NCBI GenBank assembly: GCA_907165135.1
Contig: OU015566.1
Span: 7,378,001-7,442,000 of the forward strand
Length of the DNA stretch: 64,000 bases
Source: Oikopleura dioica
Lineage: Eukaryota > Animalia > Chordata
Direction: 5' to 3'
Positions within the stretch are counted from its first letter, which is position 1, and every line of letters begins with the position of its first letter. A program made the translations under genes and the position numbers. Positions 10,182 to 23,112 of the stretch are shown piece by piece. The notes beneath the pieces are model-generated. The model ran no database searches and was not told where the DNA came from. It worked only from the letters and a program-made list of their open reading frames with translations.

Positions 10182-12240
10182 ATGTCTTATTACGACCACC
10201 CAAAGCATCAAATTTTTGTCGGGAATTTACCAGATGAAGCATCAATGGAAGATGTGGAGGACAGAGTTCCAAAACACGCGTGCGTCCGTGCGCACGCGTG
10301 CGCGTGTTTGCGTGCGTGCGCACGCGCACGCACTCGCACGCAGATTTTGAAAATCGGTGCGCACGCGCACGCACGCGCACGCGCACGCACGCGCACGCGA
10401 AGATTGAGATTTCGCACGCGTGCGTGATCGTGCGCGTGCTCGTAATCCTAGAAAATTTGGCGTTTTAAGGTCATTTATGCCGAAAATATTTCTAGAATCA
10501 ATTTAAATGCATAAAATTCTCGGTTTTCCTATGTTTCAAAACAATTTTGACTTGGTTTTAGCAATAATTGTTCTAGAATTGTCGATTGAAAAAAATTAGA
10601 GATGCAAAAAAGTGCTAAAAATTTGGCAATTTTATCCCTTTTTGCGCACGCGCACGATCACGCACGCGTGCGCACGCGTGTGCACGCGTGTTCGAAAGTC
10701 GTCTCCGCACGCGCACGCACGCGCACGCGAAATTCTTAATTTCTTCGCACGCGCACGCACGCGCACGCGAGAATTTTGCGTTTTTTGGAACTCTGGTGGA
10801 GGATCTTTTCAAGCCGTTCGGAAATGTCAAGAGCATCAACCTCAAGCCCGGCTTTGGTACTTTTGCTCATCAAAAATGTTGTTTTGACAATTTCAGGTTT
10901 TGTGACGTTTGATGAAGAGGAAGATGCAGAAAGAGCACTTGATTCGCTAGAAAGAAACGCAAAATTGTGCGGCTATCGCGTTGATATAAAGCCTGCAAGA
11001 GGTAAGACGGTTTATTTGTATTTGCATCAATTAAAAAGCCCTTGCTTTTATATTTTTATACAATGATTATAAAAGAAACTTTAAGAAGATACTAAAGATG
11101 TAGAGAGAAACTTCGAGAGAAATATCTCTCCCCAAAGAAGGGATACTCCTCAAAAAAGGGAAACTCCCCAAAGAAGGGGCACTTCCCCAAGAAGGGACAC
11201 TCCTCAAAGACGGAACTCTCCCCCGGTTAGACGGAATACTCCCCAAAGATGGACTTCCCCCGATAGAAGGAACATTCTTGATAGGCTACAAAACTCTCCA
11301 AATAGAAGGAATACCCCTGATAGACGGAATTCTCCTCGTTTTCCTCGAAGGGTTTCTCCAAATAGCAGGGGCTCGCCAGATAGACGGGTTTTCCTCCCGA
11401 ATAGGCGTGGCTCATTCCCGAATAAGAGGGGGCTTCCTGATAGAAGGACTGTTCCTGATAGACGGGGAAATAATCCAGAAAAACGGGATTCCGTTGTTCC
11501 AAGAGTTCCATCTGGTAAGGCTGTTGGTTTCAAAATCTTATATAATCTTGGTGAATTTTATTAAATGGTGATCTGGAGAAAACTTTCTAGTCAAGAAAAC
11601 AACATCTTCAATAACATTATTTTAGTCAGAGGTGACCGAGGCAGATCTGGTGGTCCAGTAATCAGAGATATGCGAAGAAGAGTAAGTTTTCATAAATTTC
11701 TTACTTTTGAAAATTCGTCTTTTTAGCGAAGCCGAAGCAGAAGCCGCACAAGAAGTCGAAGCCGAAGTCGCGGTCGAACTCGGGGCTACAACAGAGGTCA
11801 CAGCAGGGGACACAGCCGAGGCAGAAGCCGCAGCCGTGGACGAAGCCGTAGTAGAACTCGAAGTCCTGTGTATCGACGAACGCCAAAGATTCTGACAGAT
11901 TACTGCTTGAAAGTTACGAATTTGACGACACGCGCGAGCTGGCAAGACTTGAAGGATTTTATCAGAAAAGAAACTGATGTCGAAACGGCTTTTTGTGAAG
12001 CGCATCGAGTGAAAGTCAGAGAGGGACTAGGTAAATAGCCTTTTTGTAACTTCCTCAGTTTCAATCATTTTTACAGTTGCTTTACGAACAAAGAACGATA
12101 TGAAGCTCGTCTTGAAATACTGCGATAACCAGCTTATAAATGGAAAAGAAGTTTTCTTCCACGAAATGATAGTTGATCATCGATCCATCAGTCGCTCGCC
12201 GGTCAGAAATCGTCGAAGGAATGCGTTTCAGAGTTTATAA
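10182..12240 (+). CDS. SRSF4/5/6-like SR protein paralog 1 (RRM interrupted by a MITE; 3' end uncertain)
   Basis: QIFVGNL...EDVE/DLFKPFGNVKSINLKPGFG|FVTFDEEEDAERAL; RS tract at ~11727-11860; pseudo-RRM hallmark SWQDLKDF at ~11937. Confidence 0.85.
10262..10795. mobile_element. 534-bp hAT-type MITE inserted in the first coding exon of SR paralog 1
   Basis: TIR CAGAGTTCCAAAA at both ends; 8-bp TSD GTGGAGGA at 10254-10261 and 10796-10803; GCACGC subterminal repeats. Confidence 0.95.
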
Positions 12241-12835
12241 TTCGCTCGGTTATTCTACTCCATATTATGAAACGTTCAAAGAAGTTAACCTATTCCGTTC
12301 GACATTCTCTCTTCTCATCCATCTTCAATTATCCACTTGCCAGTATACATTCTTCTTAGTTAGTAGATTCAAAAGTAACCTGACGATGCTCACAATCGAC
12401 AACACCGAAGCCGCCAAGATATCGCCTAATCTCAGCTTGACTGCTTTACTGCTTCCTCCTTCCTCTGCTAGAAACCTACGGAAAACCTTGCTGATCAAGG
12501 GCTTCATTGATAATTCTGCTTTACCGGGACCTGCCTAAACGGATTGCCCCTTCATTGATTTGACGATAGGATTCACCATCCATCGGGCGCGGGACCAGGA
12601 GTTTTCTTTATGCTTATTTGCCCTAGGCTCTTCTGCATCTTTGCTTTTCTACTACTAGAAACTTGACAATCAGGTGAAAACATCTCCAGTCCAATTTATC
12701 CTCAGTTCTCCAGAGTGCGGTGTTATTTTTCCGTTCCCGATACTATTAATTAAAACAAAATGTTTCGTTTTTCTGTGATTCAAATCAAAATCATCAATGT
12801 TGATTTCACTGTTCTAGGATTGAAAACCTGTGAAA

Positions 12836-13891
12836 ATGGACCGTGAGGAGGCTCAGATCTACATTGGCTATTTGCCTAATCATGCACGAATGAGCGATGT
12901 TGAAGAGTTCTTCAAGGGCTTTGGACACATCAAATCGATCAATCTCAAACCTGGGTATGGTTTTGTCGTGTTTGAAGATAGAAGGGACGCTGAAGAAGCT
13001 GTCAGGGTATGAATATTTAGTTCTAGTCCTTGTTGATTTCACTGATTCAAGGATCTTGATGGAAGACGAATGTGTGGAGAAAAAGTTGACGTAGAGATGG
13101 CTAAGGGGCCGGGGAATAAGGCGAAGAAAGACTCTTACCGCGGCGGAGATCGTCCTATCGTTAGGGATACCCGTCGAATGCGAGGAAGATCTCGCTCTAG
13201 AGACCGATTCGTAAGCATCTCCCTCTAAAAATTCTGAAAATCTAACGACTCTATCACTAGTCAACGCGAAAGAAGGAGCCGTACAGGGACGATCCTTGCA
13301 TTGAAATTACAAATCTTTCGACACGTTGCAGGTTTTCTTTCTTTTACGACTCCGCGGTTTTTCTAATCTGGATTTAAGCTGGCAGGATTTGAAGGATTTC
13401 ATTCGCGACAATGCGAGGGTAGAGCCGGATTTTTGCGACGCGCACAAGTTCGAAGATCGACTAGCTACTGGTAAAACAATTTGTCATGTTTTATGATGTT
13501 GATCGTGCTGATTAAGTTTCGTTCCGGAGCAGCAGCGACATGAAGAAGGTGGTCTCGAGGATGGATGGTTTTGAAATTCATGGCAGGAAAATCAACGTCA
13601 GGGTAATGAAAGCCTTGAAGTAACAAGCGCTTTATTTTCTCCTATTAGGTCAAGTGGGATCCTGAATCTGGAAAAAGAAGTGTTTCGAGAAGCCGATCTA
13701 GATCAAGAAGCCGATCGAGATCACGTTCAAGAGGACGACGATCGCGAAGCCGCGGACGAGACGATATTCCACGACGCTCTCCTCCCCGTCGATCTCCTTC
13801 TCGATCCCCAGCGCGTTCTCCAAAGAAAGAACAAAATGGCGATGACGAGAAAGCGCGCTCGAGATCTCGATCCAGATCTAAATCCAAATAA
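12836..13891 (+). CDS. SRSF4/5/6-like SR protein paralog 2 (RRM, pseudo-RRM, RS)
   Basis: QIYIGYL...KSINLKPGYGFVVFEDRRDAEEAVR|DLDG; SWQDLKDF; C-terminal RSRSRSRSRSRSRG...RSRSRSKSK*. Confidence 0.92.
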
Positions 13892-14086
13892 AGTTTTACT
13901 AACAAATGTAAGCACTGAAAATCGTTCGAGAGAGAGACTAACCAACATTTTAAGGAAAGAAGCAATACGATCTTTGATGAAAACACTGCGTTCTCAACTA
14001 TTTTCCTGTCACAACTTCTGATCTGACCTACTTGTTGTTGATTAAATCATGGCGAAAGCAGAAGAATTGATAGTTTTGTGGCTTTT

Positions 14087-15114
14087 TTATTTGTTAACAG
14101 ATTCATGAATGACACCAAACTCGTTATTCTCCCTTTTGATATGTGATTGTGATCCGAAAACTCTATTTCTGTATGATTGACTTGAGCGGGGAAAGCGGAT
14201 AACAGCGTAGAAAAAGTCGCCAACAAGTAGAACGATTGAAAATACTTGAATCGAGACAATGTAGCGCATGAAAAGCGTCTTTTGATTGCTTTTGTCGAGA
14301 AAGCAGCGGACGTTTGGGTCCTGAACTGGCATTAAAAAGTGACGGGGGGATTTATGATTGTACCGTGCAAGAGTTACGATTCAGGTCAGCGCCGATCGTA
14401 CAAGTGTAGTCTCGAGGAATCATCCATGATTCCCAAAAATGCTCTTTCTTATTTTGCCAAACGTTGAGGCTGTAGACCGCGTAGAGCGATCCAAATTCCA
14501 TGCCAATAAGAACTATGCATAGACACATGTACAGTCGCCCCATATTCGGGTGCCACGTGACTTGTTTCTTATTTTCCTCTTCTACGTCTTTCATTATGTG
14601 ATATCTGTTTTCTTAAATGATGATTATTTCTTGAATCGGTAAAGAAATTACCAAGTTGTGAATATTTAACGATTTTGCGAAGATTTCTTGTATATTCGGC
14701 AGAGTTTTCGGGGAGATTCTCTGATTCCTTGCTTAGGGTGTGATATTTCGAGTTGTAGAATGAAGCAACAAAGTAAAAGAGTGCCATCGGGAGGGAGAAA
14801 AATAAAACTTGAAAGTGCCACAGCCTCGTGTGGTCCATGAAGATAAATCTGTTGTAGCACTGCTGAGTACAGGCCTTGACATCGGTGAGGCAGTTGAATC
14901 CTTCATCACCTTCGTCGCTAATGTTGCTTTTGAAAATATTCTCTCCGATGATTTCAACGGCAAGGAAACGGAACACAAACAGTGTTACGAGCCTAATAAT
15001 CGTCAAATTAGAATAGTTCTTGTTGACTTCTTCTTACCAAAAATCTCTAAAGGGCGTATTGTAGACAGAAAAGCTTTCTATGATAAACTTTTCGAAAAAC
15101 TCTGTTAAATTCAT
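14087..15114 (-). CDS. Connexin (gap-junction protein), divergent
   Basis: LFVFRFL..., extracellular loop 1 CLTDVKACTQQC (C-x6-C-x3-C), HTRLWHFQVLFFSLP, VRCFLDKSNQKTLFM (cf. C-F-x-SRPTEKT); four hydrophobic segments. Confidence 0.85.
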
Positions 15115-15669
15115 TGTCGTTAAATTAAATTTGTCGCCAAGTCTCGGACTGATGCCAATGTGATCCTGGTTCTTTACTACCGAAGCGTATTTAATACTAC
15201 GATTCTTTTTACTTTCTCGTAACAACTAAAGTAGCAGAGCGTATAATTCAAGTTTGGTCGTTTTTAAATGACTCGAGTAGGACATTTTTATGATGATTTT
15301 CATTGCTTCGAATAAGGACATAGTTTTTATTGTCAATAAAGCAGAGGCTGAATCAAAATTTATTCTATTTAATAAAGAATTTGAACTTTCATGTCTTTGT
15401 CTGAAGGAAAAGTGGTATTTCTCGAAGTGTGGAGGCATGCCAAAACAGTTTACCGAAGAAATTATGTGGGATTTTGTGCACGAGAGATTTTGATGAAATT
15501 GTCCAATTTACTATTTTTAGCTCAATAAAATGATTGCTTATTATTTTTCTTGAACAGGCAAATGGATGCTTTTGCCAGACCACTGTTTCATCAAATTTCT
15601 CCACCAGATTTGATTTGAATTGATAAAACTATTCGAGATGGCCTCACCTCAAGCATTAAATTTATAAGA

Positions 15670-16214
15670 ATGAATCGATTGCAAGAACGAAAGCTTCGAA
15701 CTGAGCCAGCGCAGTCAACCTTCCAGAAGCTTGAGAGTTCCCATTGCCTCCCAGCTGGAATCAAAATTCACGACCTCCTCTCCGGAAAATACAAGCCTAA
15801 GAGCGACAAAAAACTCATCCACTTCAAGGACGCATCTCGTGAGCAACGAGAGCCGTTTCACGCGAAAAATCTCCCGCAACGATGCCTCCAAAACTACCAT
15901 TCCATGGCCCATCCAGCAGGAATGGTTCTCAATGAGTTCGCGCAGCTTCGAAATTTCACAATCAAGGTACATTTAATCTTCAGTTTCTCGTATAAAATCG
16001 AATTCCAGCATGAAGCTTTCAAGCCAAAAATCAGCAACTTTGGCCACCGAATCGTCATCAAAGGCATGGTCTTCGCCGAGGCCGAAGGTAAACTCAGATT
16101 CAAATCTTATACCAACCCTTTTTTCAAGCATTGAACAAAGCAGATGCGAAGCGAATCGCGTATGACATGACCGCCAAGATCATTTTTGGACCACCTCGCC
16201 CAGATGCCTACTAA
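15670..16214 (+). CDS. Small protein with one double-stranded RNA-binding motif
   Basis: Three exons splice to ...HPAGMVLNEFAQLRNFTIK|HEAF...FGHRIVIKGMVFAEAE|ALNKADAKRIAYDMTAKII, fitting the dsRBD alpha-beta-beta-beta-alpha consensus. Confidence 0.7.
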
Positions 16215-16477
16215 ACAAACTCTCTAGTCGAGCGTCTCGACAAGTGCCTTATAGATAGAATTGATAATTTTTTTCTGCACTCTTTTTCCAACTGCCTTTT
16301 ATTCGCTTAATACTGCTAGAAAACCTAAATTGTTTAGGCTATTTTTGAAAGATCATGTCTGAGACTCGGACAACGACCCAATTCACTGATTTCTAGAGCA
16401 TAGAAAATCTATCTCAGTCAATAAGTCCAGCTTTCAATAAAAGAGAAATATTCAGAATTTGAAAACCGTTTTCAAAA

Positions 16478-19400
16478 ATGGATGACGAGTCGGAATCGGA
16501 AGAAACTCCCGGTCCATCCGGGAGTCAAGGAAACCAGTCTCCAAAGATTTCAGGGACGAACAAACGCACATTTTTTGCAGAAATTACCAGGGACAGCGAC
16601 CTGTTCCACGATTTTATATTAGTCATGGATTCAATCCGTACCGGCACGCCGTACACCAGAGATCAACTGAAGACAGCCGATCGCGTTGGCTACTACACTA
16701 CTCGGTCGAATAAAAACCAAGATCCGGATCTTCCAGAGACACTGAACATGTACGAAAAAACGCGCTCTTCGAATAAACCTCTCTTCGACAAACCGGCAAA
16801 TGTTCTCAAATTCAACGAGGCAGAATTGCCTTCTGACGACGAAGAGGACGAAGAATTCCAGCCGCCATCTGAAGAGGCAGAGGAGGACGATGAAGAAGAA
16901 GAACAAGAGACGATCACTTCCAATAAGCTTTCTGATGACGAAGAGACAGAGTCCGTTACGCTCTCCCACCAAGACGAGAATTCCCGCTTCTCAGAAAAGT
17001 CCGCCAGCTCAACCATCGCGAAGAAAACTCGTTCCCAAATCCGCTTGCCTGATAATTTCGACGATCTTTTAAACGGAACGCAATTTTTCGACGATGAGCC
17101 TGTTCAACAACCATCGACGAGCTATCTAGATATGCAAGACGATACGACTGAATATGACAGCGAATACATGCAGTTTCTCAATGAAACGTTTCAAACAAAA
17201 CCCGAAGAGCTCAAAAACATGAACCACGATGATGAGAGAGATGTTGATTACAACCCTGTTCCGGAGATGTTTCAGTCGAAAAAGACGATGGATGAGGAGG
17301 AAGGAAATGAGAAGAAAGGAAATTATAGAATTTCGAAGAAGGAATGTCGAGACCTTCAGGACGATAATTTGAATGATCTTTTCGAGCAGTTCACTCCGAA
17401 AATCAACCTAGAGGAAGATCTCAGAAGGCGGAATCAAAGTGAGTCCTGCGATGCACCAGTTGGAGAGGCTGAAAATCAGGAAAATGTAGCGACTGAAGAG
17501 TTCATTTTCTACCAAGAAGTGGAGGAATATGGAATGACTCCTCAGCAACATGAAACGCTTCAGACTCAGCTTCATCAGCACATTCAACTCCTAGGCCAGA
17601 GCATGCTTCTAATGCGCGGCGATGAGAGCCTCGTTGAGAAAATACAATACAAGCATGGATTCCTTTCTCAGGCGGATTACAATCTTTGCGAAATTATTGA
17701 AACAACGAACCCAAGCCGTGCGCCCGATTTGCAGCTAGTTTACAATCATGCCTTCCCGATGAGAGAACATGTTTGGGCAACAAAAGATGAAAACTTCGTT
17801 TCGAAAAAGAGGCGTTATGACGAGCGAGTGCGATGGATTACTCCACTTAGCGCTAAAAAGATGATCGAATGCTACCTGTTTCCGTTCATAGAAATGCTTC
17901 CGCGAATCGATAAGATCTACACCCAGCAAAACATCAAATCAACCACCTTGGGCATGAATATTTGGGGAAGAAACTTGGCAACATCTCCGGGAGAAGAAAA
18001 CTTGTTCGTCTTTTATTGGAACTTCTACATCAGCTATTCTGAAATCAAAAACTGCACAGAGTTTATCGACTGGCTCAGGAAGCATACGATTTTCAAACAC
18101 TTCACCGACTCTTTCTTGAAAAAGCTCTACAAGGCGCTCCGAAAGAGAAATCCAATGAAGGTACCATCAGAGCTGAGAAACACAACTTCCAGTAATACGG
18201 TAGTCGAGCTCTTCCGGGATACCGGAGAACTGCCACGAAAGAGCATCACGATCAAACCGATTGTTTATGACAATTTCAAGAGCGCTCGTTGGCTGATAAA
18301 GAACTTCGTTGTTCCAGAAGATGATATCAACTATCCAGTAGAACTTTTACGAATAATCGAAGAATCGGAGAAAATGTATAGGCAGCCTGTTTATCAAAAT
18401 CCTCGTTTTGTTCAACAAAATGTTGTTATGCGAGCTCCGCGTATGCAGACACGATTTGAATTACCATGGCGAGAATTTGTAGCTCAAAATCGTTCTTTTT
18501 GCCCGATTTTGCCACCTTCAGTTCTGCGGCCGTATTCTTTCCCACAAACTGCTCCACCTTCTTCTTTCCCATCAGCTCAGCTACCAACTTCATGCCAACC
18601 AGAAGTTATCGATCTTGTCGCTGATCATTCTCCAGTGGTTCCTCCAATCTCTCAAAATATTGCTGAAGTGGAGCTTTCGCCTGTTATTGACCCTGTTCCA
18701 CTCTCGGTTCCAGACACAGTTCCAACGCAAGAATTACTGTCAGATGCAGTACCTGCTGTAAAAAGTGCACCTCTTTCCATCGAAGCTCCAGCGCCAAATA
18801 CACCTAAATTTGACGGTGGCATTTTACTGACACCTGAGCAACTAAAGAGAGCTATCAAAAAAGTGTCGCCAAAGAAAATCGTCAACAGAACTCCAATTAA
18901 TCAAAATCAAGACGAGCCGCTGGATTTAAGCATGAAGACTGACCCAAAAGTGGCTCAGAGTGCTCCATTAGACTTCTCAAGAACGATGCCTTCACAGGAA
19001 CCGAAACAGCAAGGTAAAAAAAAACCAAGGAAACGAGCTCTGATCACAACATTAGCGACAAGGCCGTTTTCGCCCTTACCAGAAGAGGGACAGCCTGAGA
19101 AACTATTGTCTGATGGTACGCCTGCCAAGAAGATACTCTTCCCAAAGTCTCCTGCGAAATCATCTATCAAAGATCCCTCATCTAGTAAGAATACCCAAAG
19201 ATCTGTGAAAATCGGCAGCGTTACCGAGCATCTACTTGAGGAGCTTGATCCACCTTCGTTTTCCCCTGCGAAGAATCTGATGGATGCAATCGAGAAAAGC
19301 GGAATCCCGACATTTTCACAGCCGTCCAAGAAGAGCTGCCTGCGCCAGGAAACCACCCCCGATGTGCCGATTCGGCAGATGGTTCCATCGAAAATTATTC

Positions 19401-22400
19401 CTCCAACTCAGGTCAAGAAAGTTGAGACTCCAGTAACACCGGAAAATGGGCCAACAATCAGGTCCATTATGAAACTGAATGTGGAAGAGGATGACAAGCA
19501 TCAAACTTCGGAAGTAAAACCACGACAATGCTTCTCGAGATGTCCTGCTGTTCAGTGTGATTTGAGACATATCTCACCTTCACCAAGTAGAGAAAAAATC
19601 GTCTTGACTCACCAACCAGCAACCAACCCGACCGGTGAACTTCGTAGGAATCGTCAACAACTGCCACCGAATAAACGGATTCCTCTCACAACAATTACAC
19701 TGGCAAACGATAATCCTTCCAAAAAGATTCCAACTGGAACTCCTTTAATTCCACTAAACCATCGCCAATTCAATGTCAAAGAATCCACCATCCATATGAA
19801 TAGAATAAGACAAAGAAAATTATCAGCTGAAATTCAACAAAAGCCTCTTTCACCTGAACTTGAAGGAGACAAGCTTATTCTACTTGCACAAGAAAAAATA
19901 AGACAGAATTCGATAGCGCGGATTCGAAACCAAAATCCACCAGCCGACGCCACAACCTACTATCAAAGTATTCTCGATACAACTCAAAATTTACAACCAT
20001 CCATTCATCCTCCTCTTCGAGCTGAAAGACAATCACCGTTCGAAGAGGAAAAAAGAATAAAATCGATGATTGGAGTGACAAACAGGAACCAAAATATTTC
20101 TTCAAATCCTTCAACTTATTCAAAAACAAAGGATGCAGAAGAGACAACTAAAGCGACAGTAAAGCAATATTGGAATCCCCTCAAATCGAGACATGAGACT
20201 GAAGCTATCGAAGTCCCATTTGATCCTTCTGATCCTCCCCGTTACAAAGAAAAATCAGCTGTGAACAAAATGAAGAAAGTAAACCATGACCAAAGAAGAA
20301 AAGACCAGAGTCATCAATTTCACGAAACTCTAGTCGAGGAAGAAAATCTAGCCGCTGCTTGGGGAAACGCACTCGGAAAAAGAAGAAAAAAGCTCGCGGA
20401 GAAACCGATTCAAGAAAAGAAAACTGAGCCAGTGAAGCAACCCGTCAAACAGCCGGACGTTTCTACGGTTGATACATGCAAAACAAAAAGCCTGCCAGTT
20501 GAAGAACCAACAGCCGATAATTGTGATTCTGCTGAAGAAATATCCCAAGATAGCTTGTCCCCTGAAAGACTAAAACGCTCAACATCTTCTGTAGTCCGAA
20601 CTGCCAACAAACGAAAACTTGCCGCTCCGAACTGGAGTCCTATCAAAGCTCAAAAGACTGCACGAAATGAACCCGAAACCCCTGCGCAAAATCAGCCTAC
20701 CCAAAAGGTAATTAATTTCCGGAAGCCATTTATTATATTTAGACTCAGCATCCTATCGCTCCACCAGAAGTCCATCAGTTCCATCCTCAAGCCAGAGAGT
20801 GCCATATCACGAAACTGCTAAAAGAAACCGTGATAAACAATATCCAAGCAGACGTTGCTTTTATAAAGTCCCCTAGCATAAAATATGAAGGCAGGAAGTC
20901 TTTTATGAGTCTGCCTCACAACAAGATCTTGGACCAGCTTTCTAAAATATCACCGGTGAGTTCTTAGTTGAATTGTTGGTTTTCAAATCAACTTTCTTAG
21001 AATAACCGTGCACTCTTCGACTCATTACCACGAGAAGGGGACAAAGAAAAATTTTGCAAAGCCTTGCGAGAGCTTATTCTTCCTGGAAGACGCTCAATTA
21101 TCCCTGAGATCTTGAAAAACTCAGGTATGATAGCCAAATGTTCAAATCTCTTTAATTTTTAGGCGGCAAAAATGATTTGGACCAAGATTTGATGGATACC
21201 AGCACAACGACAATCATTCCAGCTCATTCAATTTTCAAGGTGATTAATTTAACTTTACCAATCTCTGACCATTATAGGATACATCACCAACACCAAATGT
21301 CATGCGCCTAAATGAAAACAGCACATCAAACGAAGCTGAACCTGACACGACTATTGTCCCAAAGCCTGTCATGCCAGATATTGTTCTCAGTAGCGCAAAT
21401 GAAGACAGCATGTCTTCGAACCCAGATCCTTCGGTTTTCGCGGAAAAAGCGAAACGCATAATATCGAAAAATAAAGACGAACATGGAATCAACAAAGACA
21501 GCGTCGAGCAACAATCCGGAGAAAAAACTCAGTCAATTGATCTGGACGCAACAGAAAGCCAGTGGGAAACTGAAAGCGAAGAAGAAGTTGCTCCGCCAGC
21601 TGCAACTACTGAACACGACGACGATGATGATTGGGAAACAGAAAGTGAGGAAGAAGTTCTTGTACCTCAAGCTTCCAATAAAAAGCCTGATCAAGCGAAG
21701 GTAGTCGATTTCAGGCAAACGGATGATCAACAAGAAAGTAAAGATGTTCAAAAGGTAATACAGCTTACTTTAATTAAAAATTCAAACGAATTTAGATCGT
21801 GTCTGTTGATCAGCCCCCAAATGAAGATGCACATGCAAAAAGAAAAATTGAACATCCAGAGCCAAATCTTGAAACGAAAGAAAAGATTCCTGAAACAAGC
21901 GAAGCTGCTGCCGTCTCGTCAAAAGTCACGTCGGCTCCTGAGAAAAACCAGACTGATGCACCAAAAGAAACTATAGCAGATTCTGAGGAACCGGAAGAAA
22001 TACCTATTTCATCAACTGACGAGTCTAGCGAAGACGATTCGGATTCAGATTCTGACGGCGACGAGGTTTCATACCTCAACGAAACCGGCCTCAACGATGA
22101 GTTTGAAGAGTATGATCATCCCTTCTTGAAGCCGCCGTACACAACGTTTGACTTGCCCTTCGAGTTTTCGGAGCACATGAGGCTACTTCCACAAACGAAG
22201 CTATATTTGGACACTGAAGATCAGTGCGACTTTCTGTTTTGGCGGATTCTCTTCTCAATGCATGATTATCCACCTGAACTTTTCCAAAAGGTAACAAAAT
22301 TTACTCATTTAGTCGAAGTTGATCGAAATTTAAGCAAAATCGCATTTATTGGGCAGAACTCCTGAGTGTAAACATGGAAAGAATTAACGCTTGGATTGAT

Positions 22401-22973
22401 AACCAGCTCAACCTTCTTGAATTATATCCGAAGAAAACCGCTGCTATGCGTCATTTGATTAAAATGAACCGAGCTTTAAAAGGCAAGGAGGAGTTTGTGG
22501 ACGATCCAAGCAAGCACAGAGAGTCAAAGTACTGGAGCATTTATTTCTCCCCAAAGTACAAGAAAATAAAGAAGAAAAAACTCCAGAAGAAATTTCGTTT
22601 CTTGAGCAAAGAAGAATTCAGAGCTTTGCAAAAGAGGACGCTTGAAGAGCTAAAAAGGCGAGAAGAGGAAAAAAGAAACGCCTTGAAAGAATCTGCCAAA
22701 GCTGAGGCGAACAAAAAATCTGAAGAAAATGCACCACCATCGCCAAAAAGAAAGAAAGCAGAAGCACCAGCAGAAGTGACTAAAACGAAATCGCTCGTAA
22801 AAAATAAAAAGCCTACTCCAAAGAAAAGACCTCCGCCAAATCTTCTGAAGGCTACAGTCATCAAAGAAGCAAAACGGCGATCTGGAGAGGAAGAACGACC
22901 CGAAAAGAAGAAGAAGAAAAGGTCTGCAAACATAGAAGAGTTTTCAGAATCTGGGTCCGTGAAGCCGAAATAA
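16478..22973 (+). CDS. GON4L: GON-4-like transcriptional co-regulator (large, mostly disordered; later exons joined by eye)
   Basis: 1447-aa ORF with SDDEEDEEF, EYMQFLNETF, RISKKECRDL and MTPQQHETLQTQLHQHIQLLGQ, resembling GON4L/YY1AP1 conserved blocks; short introns link to the 21302, 21799 and 22374 ORFs. Confidence 0.65.
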
Positions 22974-23112
22974 ACAAACAACTTTTAAATATATGTTTCT
23001 GAGAATCAGTTCAGCTTTTATCCTACTTTTACACATTCCATATACTTAAGCTTTACACTTGACTCGAAATAAATCTCAAAAATATAAAACACCTGACTTA
23101 AGTTTCAAAAGA

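Noticed and set aside
10158-10912. Arg/Ala/His/Cys-rich ORFs on both strands
   Set aside because: Translations of GCACGC subterminal repeats of the MITE; no transposase motifs.
11622-12005. Ala/Ser/Glu-rich ORFs (also 13645-14021)
   Set aside because: Alternative frames and antisense of RS-domain codons.
15226-15604. Short ORFs between the connexin and dsRBD genes
   Set aside because: No motif and no clear splice path; may be UTR or promoter.
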